From the IMG/VR virus record IMGVR_UViG_3300020045_002896, positions 1 to 28,842 of that record: a stretch of 28,842 nt of DNA. One strand, 5' to 3'. The notes beneath the pieces are model-generated. The model worked only from the letters and a program-made list of their open reading frames with translations. It made no database searches and was not told the origin of the DNA. Below are positions 27,283-28,842 of this stretch, in pieces; position 1 is the first letter of the stretch, and the number at the start of each line of letters is the position of its first letter. The DNA is from a virus (taxonomy: Duplodnaviria; Caudoviricetes). The translations under genes and the position numbers were made by a program.

Positions 27283-28179
27283 ATGGCAGCATCACAAAAT
27301 GATTTATTCAAAAAAGTAGCAGCTAGCACTGTAACTACTTTGTCAGCGCCAGGTAAAGCGCTTGGAGCAACATCGCTAAATGTCGGCTCAACAACTAATT
27401 ACCCAATTGATACCGGTATTATTATTGCCATTAGAGTAGTTGACACTTCTGGGAATCTTGTGGCTGGAACATATACAGAGTGGTCAGCAACAGTGACTTC
27501 AGGGACTTCACTAGCAATTAACGCAATCCCAGTTTATGGTTCAGACCAAATATATTCATCAGGATCAACAACACAGGTGTTTATCCCGTTATCATCTTAT
27601 GCCCGTAATGCATTAGTTGATGGGATCCTTTCCCAACATAAACAAACAGGCACTCACTCTAATATAACAGCTGATTCAATCGTAGTAGCTGACGGTGGAA
27701 CAATTGAAAACGATACAGTTAATGAGGCTACAACAGATAACGGTGTAACGATAGATGGTTTAAATATTAAAGACGGTAAAATAACAACTGATAAAGCAGT
27801 TGGATTACCTGAAATTGACGGCGGGACTACTAGAGGCACTCTAATCACAGACGCATCAGGAAATGTTACCTCATCAGCTGCAACAGCTGGAAGAGTTGTG
27901 CTGGGTAATATGCAAATCCTATGGGGCACACAAACTAGTGGAACTATCGGAACTGCTGCTTATAGTGAAGCATCAAACGTTATTTCATTTTCTAATGCGT
28001 TTTCGGCAGCGCCAGTAGTTACTGCTACAATGTCGGATATCGGTGGAACTGTTGGTGAATATCTAGCTGTTAGCGCATCTTCTACGTCATCAGCAACAAT
28101 TATATGTGGCCATACTAATACAGCTGGGGCAACAAGCACTCCAACAATAAGATGGATGGCTATTGGCTTAATAGCATAG
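27283..28179 (+). CDS. Tail fibre/receptor-binding protein with gp53-like C-terminal domain
   Basis: S/T/G-rich; LGNMQILWG...ISFSNAFSAAPVVTAT...WMAIG C-terminus. Confidence 0.75.
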   Translation: MAASQNDLFKKVAASTVTTLSAPGKALGATSLNVGSTTNYPIDTGIIIAIRVVDTSGNLVAGTYTEWSATVTSGTSLAINAIPVYGSDQIYSSGSTTQVFIPLSSYARNALVDGILSQHKQTGTHSNITADSIVVADGGTIENDTVNEATTDNGVTIDGLNIKDGKITTDKAVGLPEIDGGTTRGTLITDASGNVTSSAATAGRVVLGNMQILWGTQTSGTIGTAAYSEASNVISFSNAFSAAPVVTATMSDIGGTVGEYLAVSASSTSSATIICGHTNTAGATSTPTIRWMAIGLIA

Positions 28180-28188
28180 TTAATTTTT

Positions 28189-28560
28189 ATGACAACTCCC
28201 TCCCAACAAGAACTAGAGCAACCAGTCAAAGGCTACCAATTACTAGCCGTATCTAACGAGTTGTCACAAGTAAACAAAAAACTAGATACTTTAATCACTC
28301 AAACTAGAGGACTCGTAACTCTAGACCAGTTAAAGGAGCTAGAAACCGATTTAAAATGTTATGTCGACAGCGAATTAGCAAAAGCTGTCGATAATCATAA
28401 TACTGATATTTTATCGATAAAGAATAAGTATGAGCCAATCAGAAAAGGCTTAGATGTTGCAGGTAAAGCAGCGACGATCGCAGCAATCGGAACGGTTGTC
28501 GGTGGAACTATAGGCCTAGCCGCACAAATTATAGTTTTCTTCTTAAAAGGAAACCTATGA
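28189..28560 (+). CDS. Coiled-coil protein with C-terminal TM segment (holin/XhlA-like candidate)
   Basis: Hydrophobic C-terminus; position after the tail fibre. Confidence 0.5.
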   Translation: MTTPSQQELEQPVKGYQLLAVSNELSQVNKKLDTLITQTRGLVTLDQLKELETDLKCYVDSELAKAVDNHNTDILSIKNKYEPIRKGLDVAGKAATIAAIGTVVGGTIGLAAQIIVFFLKGNL

Positions 28561-28694
28561 CAACTAAACGCTTGCTTATAATAATGATAATTCTAATAAT
28601 CTTAATGATATCCACAAATATTTTAGTATTCTATGAGTTATCAAATAGCAATTTTGATATAGTTGACGACATAAATAGTATAATAAAAATATAA
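28557..28694 (+). CDS. 45-aa membrane protein
   Basis: RBS AAAGGA; ATGA overlap; LLIIMIILIILMISTNILVF. Confidence 0.55.
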   Translation: MTTKRLLIIMIILIILMISTNILVFYELSNSNFDIVDDINSIIKI

Positions 28695-28708
28695 AAATAG
28701 GGGGGCGT

Positions 28709-28801
28709 ATGGAAATACTACTATTCGGTGCAGGTATGATTGCAGTCGGAGTATTCTTAGGTGAAATACTAGCCGAAGCATTTATTGATAAATTTTTTTA
28801 A
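28709..28801 (+). CDS. 30-aa membrane peptide
   Basis: G-rich RBS; MEILLFGAGMIAVGVFLGEILAEAFIDKFF. Confidence 0.55.
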   Translation: MEILLFGAGMIAVGVFLGEILAEAFIDKFF

Positions 28802-28810
28802 GGAGGTTAT

Positions 28811-28842
28811 ATGGCGACAAAAGTAGCAGTTGATAGGTGGTT
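28811..28842 (+). CDS. 3'-truncated gene start (MATKVAVDRW...), product unknown
   Basis: Perfect RBS AAGGAGGT before ATG. Confidence 0.6.
   Translation, partial: MATKVAVDRW

Noticed and set aside
41-28229. All minus-strand ORFs and the alternate-frame ORFs at 3452 and 18722 in the ORF track
   Set aside because: They are shadows of well-supported + strand genes with no recognisable motifs.
1-28842. Alternative genetic code (stop-codon reassignment)
   Set aside because: Long genes are intact in the standard code, and TAA, TAG and TGA all occur at tight gene junctions.

Overview
An AT-rich 28.8-kb fragment of a tailed dsDNA phage, most likely podovirus-like (no tape measure, sheath or tube genes seen). 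All credible genes are on the + strand and read in the standard code. Order: the end of the early/middle region (SSB-like C-terminus, VRR-NUC nuclease, a split membrane-anchored lytic transglycosylase, two YopX genes, many small ORFs, a KGG-repeat protein); packaging (TerS, PBSX-type TerL); head (portal, scaffold, major capsid, decoration-like); an accessory virion block; two probable ejection proteins (one of 1872 aa); adaptor, nozzle and tail fibre; and the start of a lysis-like cluster. The KGG-repeat protein hints at a Saccharibacteria/CPR host (inference). The strongest unusual signals are: (1) a likely programmed -1 frameshift with a downstream pseudoknot that fuses a membrane peptide to a transglycosylase whose catalytic motif lies upstream of any start codon; (2) two candidate structured ncRNAs; (3) repeated promoter-leader motifs that place the ribosome-binding site in a hairpin; (4) an ART-like domain in the giant virion protein flanked by an exact in-frame 19-bp direct repeat. 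Product calls come from motif recognition and gene order, not database searches.
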